Assembly (NCBI RefSeq): GCF_006345805.1
Contig: NC_042998.1
Span: forward strand, 176,638,001 to 176,702,000
Direction of reading: 5' to 3'
DNA from: Octopus sinensis
Lineage: Eukaryota
DNA: 64,000 nucleotides
The notes beneath the pieces were generated by a model, which was not told where the DNA came from, did not search any database, and saw only the letters and a program-made list of their open reading frames with translations. Both the position numbers and the translations under genes were made by a program. Below are positions 24,701 to 40,011 of this stretch, piece after piece; positions within the stretch are counted from its first letter, which is position 1; every line of letters begins with the position of its first letter.

Positions 24701-25630
24701 TATCGTAGACAAATGAACATTATCAATACTGACTTCGTAAAAGATTAATTATAGTATCTCTTGAAAACATATGATGCCACAACGCTATGTTTATATATCA
24801 CTTACACATCAAGGGAGACATAAGGTGTTTATGGGAGATGGAACTGCTTTAGTTTATCTCTCTATCATAATGACTAAAGATTGCTGACGAGATAACCTTT
24901 TCAAAGAAATAGCAAAAAATTAGGCTATGAAGTGTAAAGAAGATGACCACGTCATTTCATTAACATATAATTAAGTGCATTTACTACTAAAAAAAAAAAC
25001 AAACTAAAAGTAAAGTACGGAAAATGTATATATTGATTTACTAGAGTGATAATTAAAATAAAATTATGATACCATCAAATAAACTAACAATTACAAAGGC
25101 AAGTATAGGAAGGAAATTGGGTGGAAATAACAGTTAATAAATATCTGCATCAGAGAGATCAAAGGATGAGAAGTTGCAGTAGCTTCTAAAAGTGTTTATA
25201 TTTGTATTCACTTGTTGGTTTGTAATTTCATTTTCATTTTTCACTCTTTTGCTTATTATGTACTGCTGGATGGTTCTAAAAAAAAAAATGTGACGTGTTC
25301 GAACAACGCTGGAATAGTTTATTACGAGCAACTAGTTCAGGAAAGAGGGGTGAGAGAAGAGAAGCCAAATACATTGAGGTTTTTGTCACACATTTTAACT
25401 TTTCTGTTCATAAACTCCTTTTTCTTTTTACAAAGCAATACATGGTACTGTTTTAAATACCTCGTAACAATATAAACATATATACACACATATGAATATA
25501 TATATTATATACATATATATTGATATGTACATATTATATTATATATATTATATATATATATATGTGTGTGTTACATATATAATATATATATATATTATGT
25601 ATATATAAATATATATATATATTATATATA

Positions 25631-25817
25631 CAGGGTGTCTCAGACGTTGCGCACCATTCTGGTTTTCATTTTAAATAATTAAAGCATTTTATGTTATATT
25701 TTTTTCGGCATGTTTTATTGTAGAGGGTGCTCAATTTGAGCATTTGTTACGATTAATTTCAATAAGGGTGTATTCATTAAAAAAAACAGGGTGGTGCGCA
25801 ACTTCTGGGACACCCTA
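25631..25817. mobile_element. Tc1/mariner-type MITE
   Basis: TA|CAGGGTGTCTCAGACGTTGCGCACCATTCTGGTTTT vs the reverse complement of 25782-25817, 30/36 identical. Inserted in a (TA)n tract. Confidence 0.85.
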
Positions 25818-25953
25818 CATTATATATATATTATTGTATATGTATATTCTTTTACTTGTTTTGACAGCGGCCATGCTGAAATTATATTTTTATATATATA
25901 TATGTGTGTGTGTATATGTATATATGTATAAATGATATATAAATATTATGCGC

Positions 25954-25991
<38 letters not shown>

Positions 25992-26628
25992 CACACATAT
26001 ATACATACAAATATATAGATATATATATATTATACACACATATATACATATATATATATATATACACACATATATAAACTATGCAGATATATATATAACA
26101 TACATATATGTATATGTTATACATATCGATATAAATTATAAATATATATGTTATATATATATAAATTATACATATATATATATGTGAACGAAGTGTTAGT
26201 CGTATAAAGCTTCCTATTGCATATCAGACAGTTCTAACTGGGCCGTAACCAAATTACTGACTCCAAACAGGACATATTCCATAAAAATAACTGCAATTTC
26301 TCGTTACCAATTCTAACGTATGTCATCCAATATACGCAGAGCCATTACTCGCTGATAACAACGATTGTCTATGCAATTTCTATGTAACCACTTAGCTTCG
26401 TAACAAACATTGTACGTCGTGTGTGTGTGAGAGAGAGAATGAATATGTGTGAGCGAGAGAGAGAGAGAGAGAATTACGGTACGTGTGTCTGTGTTTGAAT
26501 GTGCATTTGTGTTTGCATAAAATTCCATCAGTCAACATTTTGTAATATTCAAAACACGGTGACATTAACAATTCCACCATTTTGTATTAACCCCAATTAC
26601 AACAAAGCAATTTAAGACATCCAATGCT

Positions 26629-26634
26629 TTTATT
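26629..26634 (-). terminator. Candidate poly(A) signal (AATAAA) of a minus-strand transcript
   Basis: AATAAA followed about 20 nt downstream by GU-rich TTGCTTTGTTGTAATTGG. Confidence 0.35.
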
Positions 26635-27187
26635 CATTTTTCATTTTAGTTCCATTTTTCGTTTGTTTTTTTTTTTGTTTCATTTTGTTCAATCTATTAC
26701 TTAGCACCATTGTCTTGTTGGTTTAACTAAAAAATAAAAAAATAAAAAAACAACAAAAAACATAACCCATACACTAAGATTTGCACACAAATTCTTTGTC
26801 TTACCACGTGAGCAGCTGCTTTTTATTATTTTTTTTTTGATGAAAAAAATTCATTTATCATTATATTAATAAAAATCATTTAGTCACTTTTCTTCTACAA
26901 TAAGTATCAGTGAAAACTTATAGTAGCAGTTATATATTACCAAAGAAATTCAACAACATCCGATTCATTCAAATGTTGCCTTGCTAACACAAAACACAGC
27001 TGGATTATGGTGAATTTTTTGATGCAATCTTCTTCCCTTTGATATTTTAAGACAATCATTCAAAACTGAGCTCCCATCAGCAGTTGCTTGACAGATATGA
27101 CATAATGTATATATATATATGATGATATAAAAACAACAACAGAAATAACAACACAGTAGCTATCTAAAGTCGATATAATAATAATAG

Positions 27188-27221
<34 letters not shown>

Positions 27222-27742
27222 AAGTAATAAATGTATAAAAATGTTTTTGGATTTTTAAAATTTTTCTTTTCAAGAATCATATATAAAACAACACTGCGGC
27301 ATGTAGTTTATTATTGTGATTACTTTTTTTTTCACCATTTTGTGAAGAACAAGTTTACCATTGCTTATCCCCCCTGTTAAGTACTCTTCTCTTTTTTTTT
27401 TGCTTCTTTATAAATTGGTTTTAATAAGAAACGACACAATAACATAAATCCATGTATTTTTAAAATTTTTGCAAGGATTTTCATTCGAATGTATATATAC
27501 ATATACATACATATATATATATATATATATACTTGCACACAAGTCTTGTGTATACATGTGCGTTTCTATTCGTATATTAATACATACACATGTACACCCA
27601 TGCCTTTGAATGTATATATAAACATTTATATGTATTCATATACGTATTTATATATATATATCATATACATACATTATGTGTGTATATACACATATGTTTA
27701 TATACATACACACATATACATATATGTATATATACATACACG

Positions 27743-27811
<69 letters not shown>

Positions 27812-28794
27812 CATATGTATATACATGTAATTGACTAGCAAATATTTCTTTAACAATATGCTTTTGAAAAAAATAAATAAAAATAAAAACAGTATTTGCC
27901 ATGGAAAAAATAGAAGGATGGATTTAGAAAAAAAAAGTGTTTATGCTCCTAAATAAAAAAAATAATAATTTATATTCTGTTATTTTTTTATTTGGATTTT
28001 ATTTTATTTTATCGTAATGTCGAGTATATAAGGAAGTTGATAGATTAAGGAAACAAAAATATAAAATAATGCTTCCGATGAAGGATGGATGTGTCTTTTA
28101 ATTTATCCAATATTGTTTTTTTTTGTTTGTTTGTTTTTTCTTGTTTTTTTAAAATTTATGCTTTCCGATGATGAATGAGAGAAATAGCTATAAAATTGAT
28201 TAATGATGAAATATACACAAATGTGTATCGTTGTGAAAAAATAGGCTGAACATAGGAATTTTGCAGTGGGGATCTTTTATACAATGTACAACAAGAGGCT
28301 TGACAGATTGTAAAAGACAAAAAGCTCTGAAGGTTTTAGATACGTGGCGAAATCAGTTAAAAACCATATGCAAGGGGATGTTTGGTATCCTTTTCGTTTT
28401 GTTTTTTTAATTGATACTGAGAGAGGGTATTATTATCGGTTTTTTTTTGTTTGTTTTAAATATGAAGAGGTATGCTTTAATGCCTCTCTTTCCAAGCGAT
28501 TGAATCATTTCAATCTATTTGGTAGAATGCCAAAAAGCAAAACAAGAAAAGAGCAATAGAGAATGATGGCACACTTGAAATAATAACTTGCCAAACTTAG
28601 AAATAGCTGCATATGTATTAACTTGGAACCTTCTAATATACATTATATATATATATAATGATGATGATAAAGACAATGCTGGATTTCAATATTTTAATAC
28701 CCAACTGACTGATTTAATAGTTTACTATATACACTATTATTAATGTAAAAATAATTAGCATAGTATTAGTTATCAATAATAATAATTTCTTTGA

Positions 28795-28930
28795 CTAGGC
28801 ACAAGGCCAATTTTGTAGGCAAGGGGATGGGGTACACATAGTTAATTGAATCAATCCAATCAATTATTGTTACTTATATAATTGATCCCAGAATGATAAA
28901 AGGCAAAGTCGACCCAGGAGCTCAGAACAG
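28795..28930 (-). mobile_element. Decayed SINE family A
   Basis: GGCACAAGGCCA tail and AAAGGCAAAGTCGACC body. Confidence 0.6.
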
Positions 28931-29519
28931 TGAGGCACTAAAATAAAGTTTTTTAGTGCAGTTCTCTACTGTCTCGACCTTCTCCAGCAATGATAATAAT
29001 AAAAGCAAGAGAATCCAGAATGGTAGATAATTAACAGAAGGCATCATTAGATGGTGCATATAACAAGATATAATCAGAAATATTCAGACAACTACATGGA
29101 AATTCTATTTTGATATTAACAAGATGGGAAAATTTTATGGTAAGCTGTACTTGGCACAAAGCAGTCTTCGTTCAAAATGCAATAAATGTATGTGTGTGTG
29201 TGTGCATGAGAATGAATACATAGTTATATGAATATTCATGAGTGTACATATGTCTATGATATTGTGTGTGCGTGCATGTATGTCTGTGTGTGCAAGTATA
29301 TGTCTGTGCGTGTGGCATCAAATCAAAGAGCCCAAATCCCATAAACAACTCCCCGCCACTACTTTCCGTCAGTGATGTGTTTTTTATTTTAAAAAAATCA
29401 ATGCTATATTTTTTTTATTTCTCTGGGCAGTTTTTCTGTTTTTTCAACCATGAATAAATTTTAATGTAATCTTAAGATATTTGAATCAAATGCTCAAAAG
29501 TAACAAAAAAATTATAATG

Positions 29520-29553
<34 letters not shown>

Positions 29554-31202
29554 GCTTTTAACATGAACAATCCCTATTATTAGCAATTTTCATTTTTTTT
29601 AATTGGTCAACTAGCAGCAAAATGTGACATTTGATTTGATAATACCCAACAGCCCTAAATCTGTTTGAAATGTGCTTGATTTGAACCTAAGGTTTAGAGA
29701 TAATAAAATATTTAAATGAACAAGCAAAAGCTATAAAACCCCGTAACACTGGTAATGTTATAGTGTACAGTAATTCTAAAGGCAGTATGTTACACCCCGA
29801 GTCATTTTATGAACGTACACAACTCTTCTTACAAGAAAAAACACTGCACATCTCAAACGTGAAAACTCAAGTGTATAAGTGTTACATCATTTAAATGATT
29901 GGTTGTGGTGTTTACACCCTTCTTAAATGCAACAGTAGTTGAAGTACATTTCAATTTGGAACAAAGCTAAGTGCTACAACTTAATCTCAAAACCAATTCT
30001 TTGTAAATTTGGCACAAGGCCACAAATTTCTCAGATATGAGAATATAGTTAATTGAATCCACCATCTATAATATATTTTATTGATTGGATGAATGAAAGG
30101 AAATTTTGACACTAACAGTAGTCAAAGTTAAATCTTAAATAACAAATTAAATTCTAATTTGGTTCTTCACTGTTCTACCAAAACCTTTATATTGATACTA
30201 TGAATAATTGTTTAAAATCAAGCATGATTCCTTAAACATACACACAATACAATTATAAAAATGAATGACAGCAGTTCAATCCATGCTACATATGTTTCAG
30301 TAGCAAAACATTTTATTAAGTATATGTGCATTATGTCGTAGAAAAATGCCTGCCACATAAACTAAGAAACTGCCAAAGTGACAAAAATTACAGTAAACTA
30401 ATAGTCAATTGCCTGCTGGAACTACTGATCTAAGAGCTGAGTGATGTGATTCTAACTAATATATATGAAAATTCACTACCGTATGTATAGATACATACAC
30501 AGACACATATATATATAATGTAATGGTGGTGATAGATCTGTTCAAGCAAGTGCAACTTTTTGAAATAACATAAGTATTCCATAGACGTGTAATCCTAACA
30601 TAATTTTTAGGCAAAATCAACATGGCACAGTGTATAACAAGGCTGTGCAGTTAATATATATATATATACATATATATAAATATATATATATGTACATAAA
30701 TATATATACATAGATATATAAATATATATACAGATATATAAATATATATATATACATAAATATATATACATGAATGTATATATATATACCTATATAAATA
30801 TATATATATATATATCTACATATCTATTAAAATATATCAATATATGTATATATATATATCTATTAAAATATATCAATATATGTATATTTATATCTATATA
30901 TATATATACATCTATATTTATGTTTATATTTGTGTACCATTTCTCCATCGTTGACCTTGTTTTTGTATACATTCACTGCTTTCTTCCAAGGACTCTAGTG
31001 CTCTTAGCATAGATTTTCCTTGGGGCTGGCCAGATTGGTGCAGTCTCGATTATAACCAACCTAAACTGCAAAGATAATCTGGAACTCGACTGACGAAAGA
31101 AATCTCCAAATGACCCGCCCTAGTTTTATTTTGTCCCTTTTTGTATCATCTAACTGTCTGGATGTCTTGTTGCCTGTTGTGTTCGTGTCCCATTTTTTGT
31201 AT

Positions 31203-31204
<2 letters not shown>

Positions 31205-31247
<43 letters not shown>

Positions 31248-31690
31248 TATGTATGTACATATATATATTTATATAAAATATGTATGTACATATATATATT
31301 TATATAAAATATGTATGTACATATATATATTTATATAAAATATGTATGTACATATATATATTTATATAAATATATATGTATATATATTTACATAAAAAAT
31401 ACATATATATTTATATGTAAATATATGTCTATATATATATAAAAATATACATATGTATTTATATATAAATATATATATTTATATACAAATATATATATAT
31501 ATATATATAATATATATATATATAATATATATATATATTTATATAAAATATATATATTTATATAAAATATGTATGTACATATATATATTTATATATTAAT
31601 ATATATATAAATATATGTATGTACATATATATTTATATGTAAATATATGTCTATATATATATATAAATAAATACATATACATATTCATAA
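31205..31690. repeat. AT-rich minisatellite (about 31-bp unit ATATATATATTTATATAAAATATGTATGTAC)
   Basis: The unit repeats about 3 times at 31250-31350 and again near 31545-31630 within (TA)n. Confidence 0.85.
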
Positions 31691-33811
31691 ATATATAATG
31701 TGTGTGTGTGCATATAGTAGAAGGTCTAAAATAAAAACAAAGAAAGATTGCAATGTCACAGAGAAACTGGGCTGGAGGGTAGAATCAAACCAAAACGTTT
31801 GTCACAAACAGTCCTTGACTAAAGAATGTATATAATTGCAGATAGAGATAACCTGGAGCAGGATCAAAGTTCCAGAATTTGAAAAGCAAACAATTTCAAA
31901 TAATAGTTCTTCAAACCACAGTGTACTGTAGTTGAAGAGTTTGTTTTTAATTGGACCTCTAAACAGATGCCAGTCTTTTTGTTTTAGATAAAACTGTCCT
32001 TCATTCTTTAGTGGTAACTATGGTCTGAGCACTGCATCAAAGCATCTTCTGTCAGGGAGTGCGCAATCCTCAGTAGGGGGGAGGGGCACCGGGAATTTGA
32101 AACAGTAACCTTTACAGTCACAGATCAGAGGCTCCACAAGAAGTATTCTATATCCGATGCCATACACTAAGTAATGTAATGCAAATCTTGTCTCAGAAAA
32201 TTAACTGTCAAAATTATGTCAATGACATGATTCCATAAGGAAATAAGAACATAAAAAAAACAAAACAAAAAAAAACGGTTATAACTCATTTACTATGAAA
32301 TAAAACGAAAAAACAAAATGAGATGTGAATTATTATTTTTGAAATTAAAGAAACAAAAAGGTATATAGAAAATATAACAAAAGAAAATAAATAAAATTTA
32401 GGCAAAGATTTGTGAAGTAATTCTAAGTGATAATAATAACAGTGGAAAGTAAATGGAATTTGGATCTAGTCTATACAGGAATTGTTTTTTTGTTTTTTCT
32501 TTTAAAAAGGAAGGAAAGTGAATGTAGATGGTAGGAGAGTATTAGTTGAAACTAATAAAGGCTACCCGCATTAAAGTGGCCAATTTATCTGTTAATGTTC
32601 ATTAAACACAGACTTCCATTCCAAGTGGAAGAAGATTTTGGTCCAGTTACTGACTAAATCAGTAAAAATAACAGTTTTAAGCATCAATAATAAAATGGCA
32701 AAAATAAAATGAAATTGAAAATTAATGAAACAATTTTCAAAAAAAAGGTTTGAACTATAAAATCAAAAGAACTAAGTTTAAAATATGAAAAATAATCAAA
32801 ACCAATATTGAATAATTTTTACTTCATTTTCTCATTTTTTACCATTTTTTTGTATTTTTTTTTCTTTTTGGTAAACCTCAAATAGCAGCAGATACACCAC
32901 TTGACAGAATAAAATAACAAAAACAATTTCTTTCTTTTAATGAAATTTTGACAAAACAGCCAAAAGAAACAAATTTTTAGAATAATAATGATAATTACAA
33001 ATAATAATGATGAGGATAATAATAATAATAATAATAATAATAGAGATGATAAAACAAAAAATACTGATATATTTCAAATGTGAAAAATACCAATTTTAAA
33101 TAGTACTGAGAAATTTTCAAATTTATAAAATTCTTGACAAAATTGCTAGCATAGAAAAAAGTCACAGAGGATTAAAAAAAAAACAAAGAAAAACATTGAA
33201 ATAAAAAAAAAACTATGCATGTATAACATGTATGTATGTGTGTGTGAATGAGTCTGTGTTATCTGACCAGAATAGCTTTAATTTTTTCTTTTCTTTTTGT
33301 TATTTTTTTTTCTATTTGAAGCATAAACTTATCATCTTAAATCTTTTAATACCTGTCCCCTTTAAATCCATCACTTATCAGTGTCACCTAACCTTAGTGG
33401 ATTGTTCTGGATGAATTTCTATTTAGGGGTAGGAGGATCATTAATGATAATTAGTTTATATTATTATAGCTGCATATAAAAACGAAACATTAATTATATA
33501 TTTGGTCTAAGCATCTTAACAAAAATGAATAAAGCATTTAAAAATTTCAACTAGTAGGGGTTTTTTTTTCTTCCTCTTTAAGTGTCTTGCACACAATAGT
33601 ATGCATATACACACAAAAAAAAAAAATCAAAATAAATTAAAAGTTTTTAAAATTTGGTTTATTTATTATTTTTCTTTTGTATTTTCATTTTTTAAAAACT
33701 CAAATACAACTTCAAAAAGGAGCAAAAGAAAAAAAAAATCCTTAAATATCAAAGGTATGATACCATTTGATAGACTAATGTTGTACAAGTTATACAATTG
33801 GTATGTATGTG

Positions 33812-33861
<50 letters not shown>

Positions 33862-33869
33862 CACACACC

Positions 33870-33901
<32 letters not shown>

Positions 33902-33936
33902 ACTATATATATATATATATACACACACCACACACC

Positions 33937-34007
<71 letters not shown>

Positions 34008-35429
34008 TTACACACGCACACACATATACACGCATATAACTGATACATCAAACGTTAAACCGCTGATGCATCATTAAGTCGATTGTCTCTTTATAGCTAG
34101 TTTTAGTTTATTTATTTATTGATCCGATAAACAGATGAAACCAGAAAACATACTGGAATTAAAATATGGAAAGAAAACATTCTCAAAGATAAGCAATAAC
34201 ATTTGATCACTAATAAGGCTCTACATTAAACACAACCAAAGGGATTAGAAAAGGGAGTTATGATGAGTATGATGATGATGATGCTGGATGACAATAATGA
34301 TAATAATGATAGTAATACTAATAATAAATTCCTATCATAGGGATCAAGGCCAGAAAATTTTAAAAGGGCTATTGGAGCACAGAAAAGGACATTGCAGTTG
34401 ATTTAACTGCTACCTTATTTTGGTCAATCTTGGAAGGATGAAATGGTGTAAGGTTGACCCCTGACTTCTAACATGTCTTGAAGCTAAAAAAAAAAAAGAT
34501 GATAGGTAACAAAATACCAAGAAGTATTTTGTTCATCACTTTTTCTTTAAATTTTACCATACCACCACCAGCCTTAGTAGTAGTAATAATAATGATAATG
34601 ATGATGATATGAGAATACAACAACAATACATATGTGTGCATATATATATATATATATAGATAGATAGATATACTTTAGATCTTGGACATATACAGAGGAA
34701 AAGAAAAAAAAACTAAAAATGAAAAGAATGCAAAGACTATAAATTTATCTATGTACAATATTCTTTTTTTTCTGAAAATACATGCAGTTTCAGTTACATA
34801 TGCATGTATACAAATGAACATAGTTTTCACATATACATACAGCTAACAATTACAAGCATGCATATATCATGCCATATACACTAGTATTGCATAAATATAG
34901 CTGTGTATGCATGTATATGCACTAATTTTAAACCAACATATAAGAACTTCAAGCATTTAAGGTTTTTTATTCTCCTTCATTTGTTATTTAATATATGCAA
35001 TCTGAAGGCTTGCATTCATTTTATTTTAAAAGAATTACATTATTACTATTATTATTATAATTATTATTATTATCATTTTATACTGCTATCAAATTTTCAT
35101 ATGTTAGCTTCACTTAAAACTATCAGACACTTTTCAACTGTAGAAAATAAACAGTATTTAAAGGTTTATAACTTTGCCCTGGAGCACCAGTTTTAAAATT
35201 TTCCAGCTTCATAAAAAAAAATGTTGGAAAAAAACAAACAAAAAAAAAACAACGAACAACATACATAAATATACAGCAATAGGTAACAGTAAATAACTAG
35301 ATATGTATTTGAAGGACTGGACTCAGTCATTTTTTTTTTTAATTTTTAAAATTTTCCTTAAGACTGCAGATAAGAGGCTGTCAGAAGAAACTTGATGCCT
35401 AAATATCTGTAATAATGAAACTGAATTTC

Positions 35430-35460
<31 letters not shown>

Positions 35461-36147
35461 GATTAAAATAATATTAATCTCCTTCGTATCATTCCAGTGT
35501 TAGTAAAAGTACTGCTAAAGCAAGTACAATGATGATGATGATGATAATAAATTTGAAATAAATTCTTCAAAATTTACATGTAGAATTCAGTTTCCAATGT
35601 TAAATGTATAATGATTTTTAAAATTCATGTTAATTGATTTAAATATATGACTGGTAACATTAAAGAGTAATGCAATTTCTGCTCATTGCACACCTGGATG
35701 AAGGTTTTCTAAATGAAATTAGCTAACATAAATATGTGCCCACATCGTTTTGTTTAAGTAAATGCAATCAATGGACCCATAGATATATGATTAATCATTC
35801 AAATTTTAACATTTGTTTTTGGAAATGTTTTGATAAATGCAAGTAAACCACTGAATAGTGTGTAAAATTTTACAATCATTAATAAAAGACAAAAAAAAAG
35901 AAAAAAAGATTTATGAACAAAAAGAACAAACTGGAAACACAAGATTCCTTGCAGATAATATTACTGACGATTATGTATGGCAATACTTTCAGGTTGACAT
36001 AAACGGCACATCAAATGGGAGGAAATATTTATTTATGGGTGGAAAATTTATATTGTTTAAAATGGAGCCCTTTGAAGGGTAATAAAGACATATCAAGTTC
36101 ATTAGGAGACAAAGATAGAAAAAGGAATATTACACATAATATATATA

Positions 36148-36200
<53 letters not shown>

Positions 36201-36489
36201 ACATACATACATACACATTTATATATATGTGTGTATAGATATGTACATGTGTATGTATATGTATATATATACATATACATGTATGTATAAAACTGGTTAT
36301 GTGTAGTCTTTACAAGGACTGGCAGGAAACAAAACAAAACAAAAAACAAACATTGCCATTTCCTGTTCTTGAACATGATAATGGTGATGACAACAACAAT
36401 GATGATGATGAGGAGGAGGAGGAGGATAGTGATGATGATGGGGAGGAGGAGGATAGTGATGATGATAATGATTGTTTGTAAAATAGGCA

Positions 36490-36650
36490 CATGGCCAGAA
36501 ATTTGCTGGGGAAGCTAAAAGTCGACTAGTAATTTTATTTTTATCAACCCCAGAGAGATGAGAAGCAAATTTTACCTAGGTGGGATTTGAACAGAGAACA
36601 TAAGGGATTCAGCTACATAATACTTTCTACTACACTATATACAATGTAAC

Positions 36651-36703
<53 letters not shown>

Positions 36704-37340
36704 TTGTGTGCTATGTATGTATGTGTTTATATATCTCATTATTTCATAGGTACAAGGCCAGCAGTTTTTTATGTGACAAAGAATGGGGTGGTGGTGGGGG
36801 TCAGTTGATTACAACTACCTCAGTACATGACTGGTATTTAATTTCATTGGCCACAGAGGAATGAAAGGCAAAGTTGAGATTTTGAACTGTAACTATTTTG
36901 CTGGTACAAAGTCACAAATTTTATTTAATAGAGGCATGCAGTCCATTTTCCTCACATTATATATATATATAAAGAGAGAGAGAGAATTGAAACCCTATGT
37001 TATTGAGCCCCAAAGAGATGGAAGGCAGTTGACCATGGCTGTGATCTGAACTCGGAATGCAAAGGAACGAAATTAACTACTACAAAACATTCCATTTGGT
37101 GTTCTGTTCATTCTGCTATTAAACTTCGCTTCACAATAATTAACAGAAATCATAATAAAGATGACTTCTACCATGAGCACAAGGCTACACATGTCTAAAG
37201 GTTGAGGGCACAGTCAATCATATTGACGCCCAGCTCTTGGCTGGTACTTCTTTTATCAACCACAGAAGGGATGAAAGGCAAAGTCAACCATGGTGGGACT
37301 TTCAGAATATAAAGGGACTTGACTTTAAAATACAGCTGGG
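36490..37340 (-). mobile_element. Cluster of decayed SINE family A copies
   Basis: Repeated GG.ACA.GGCCAG, GATGAAAGGCAAAGT(T/C)(G/A)A and CTGGTA.TT motifs at about 36490, 36750, 37020 and 37170-37340. Confidence 0.6.
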
Positions 37341-37509
37341 TGCTCTACTGATTCTGCCTCCAAATGCAATGATGATGGTAATGGTGATCTATTTAAATAT
37401 AGGTTGAGTCAGATACAGATTACCATCATCAGAGTCAACTTTTATTCAAGGGATGCTGCTGGACCTCTTCAAATATAACTCTGACCACAGCAACCCACCC
37501 AACTCATGG

Positions 37510-37542
<33 letters not shown>

Positions 37543-38495
37543 CAATGATAATGGCGGTGGTAGTGGTGGTGATGATGATGATGATGATGATGATGATAGG
37601 GATGATAATGGCATGCTTTCCTTGATTTGAAAATTTTATTCTCAATAAAAAAAGAAAAATGTTTCCAATAGTTTCAATCTTAAAGAATAAATTAATTACG
37701 CATGGATAATGCAATCATTAAGCATCACAAATTAAATACATGTGCATACAGACAGATGTTGAAAGTAGGTGGAATATACATATGTATGTATATATATATA
37801 TATATTATATATATATATACAAACACATGCATGTATATATACATATATATATACACACACACATATATAACCCACAATATAATTACGATACCAAATATGA
37901 GATGCCGTCAACTATTATTGTCAAGTAACAGAACTAACCAGCCAATTCTGGAAACACCTACTTCTTACGGATGGTTAACCAGTAAGAGTTAAAGACACTT
38001 ATTGCCAAATGTGGTTTAATTAACAATATTCATGGACATTTAATTTAAAATATCTCAAAACATTGAACAAAGACATTTAATATCAAACGTAATTGAAACA
38101 AACCAACAATATTTTTCATGTTTTCTTCTACTTAACCATAACAGCTAAATAAAACTAACAGCTAATGTAGGTCTTGTTGCTGTTGTTATTTAGCCCTAGG
38201 TCAGCCCATATCGAACAGACCTATGATCAGCAGCATTCTAGATTTGAACATGCTATCCTTTTGTAGGACTTAAATTTTAGATGGTGGGAAGTGATTTGGG
38301 AGATCTCACCTGCTATTTCTAGCAGGTCAAGTTGTAGCAAAGAGGTTTCTCCATTGGCTTGTGATAGTGAATGCAATTCAGATGGAGAAGTAGGCAACAA
38401 CTACATAAGTTTATAATGGAAATACACATACACACACACACACAACTGCCCACCAACCAGACGTGTATGTATATATATATATATATATATAGATA

Positions 38496-39221
38496 GATAT
38501 AGATATACATGCTTGAAGAGAGTTATTCAACTACTTTTTACAGGATTGTTAAATTTTGGAACCAAATCTTCATTTTAAAAACTTCCAGTTCTTTGCAATA
38601 TGGAAAATTGTGGATAAGAAATATACAAATATATATACATATACATAAATACATGTAGATTGTTGTGCATATACTGTATGTAGGATGGTATGTGTGTGTG
38701 TATAAATATATATAAAATGTCATCATATTTTCATATATGTCGACCTGTCTGAAAATATCAATCAGGAAAAGCCTTATCATATAAATAGACTAAAATGGAC
38801 CAAAATGGAAGATGATAAGAAATGGTGCACAAAGGATTTTACTTTCAGCAGTTAGAACAACATCACCAAACAAATTTTATACACAAATACATGCTTACTC
38901 AAACAAACATGGTCGCAGTCATGCAATCACAAAATATGCACACGCAACATTCTGTATAATATAAAAAAAACTTGTTTTTATCAATCAAGAACAAATTTTG
39001 TTTTTGTTTTTTTTTTTCTTTTTTTTTTTAAATTTTGTTTTTAAGAAAAAAGATAAAGAATATTTGCAGAAACAACATACAAGGTAAAATGATAATGGCT
39101 AATGACACACATTGATGTAAATGTAGAAATATTGAATATTGGGCTTCACGTTAATTTTGATCAGATATACATACATATATGTACTTATGTGTGTGAGTGT
39201 GTATGTGTGTGTGAGTATATA

Positions 39222-39253
<32 letters not shown>

Positions 39254-39979
39254 GATATAGATATACATGCTTGAAGAGAGTTATTCAACTACTTTTTACA
39301 GGATTGTTAAATTTTGGAACCAAATCTTCATTTTAAAAACTTCCAGTTCTTTGCAATATGGAAAATTGTGGATAAGAAATATACAAATATATATACATAT
39401 ACATAAATACATGTAGATTGTTGTGCATATACTGTATGTAGGATGGTATGTGTGTGTGTATAAATATATATAAAATGTCATCATATTTTCATATATGTCG
39501 ACCTGTCTGAAAATATCAATCAGGAAAAGCCTTATCATATAAATAGACTAAAATGGACCAAAATGGAAGATGATAAGAAATGGTGCACAAAGGATTTTAC
39601 TTTCAGCAGTTAGAACAACATCACCAAACAAATTTTATACACAAATACATGCTTACTCAAACAAACATGGTCGCAGTCATGCAATCACAAAATATGCACA
39701 CGCAACATTCTGTATAATATAAAAAAAACTTGTTTTTATCAATCAAGAACAAATTTTGTTTTTGTTTTTTTTTTTTTTTTTTTTTTTAAATTTTGTTTTT
39801 AAGAAAAAAGATAAAGAATATTTGCAGAAACAACATACAAGGTAAAATGATAATGGCTAATGACACACATTGATGTAAATGTAGAAATATTGAATATTGG
39901 GCTTCACGTTAATTTTGATCAGATATACATACATATATGTACTTATGTGTGTGAGTGTGTATGTGTGTGTGAGTATATA

Positions 39980-40011
<32 letters not shown>
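38496..40011. repeat. Near-identical 758-bp tandem duplication
   Basis: Units 38496-39253 and 39254-40011. ORF-track entries 38538-38780 and 39296-39538 are identical and offset by 758. The only difference I spotted is C39018 vs T39776 in a T-run. Confidence 0.95.

Noticed and set aside
36299-36492. Poly-D/E and poly-S ORFs
   Set aside because: (GAT)n/(GAG)n trinucleotide repeats without coding context.
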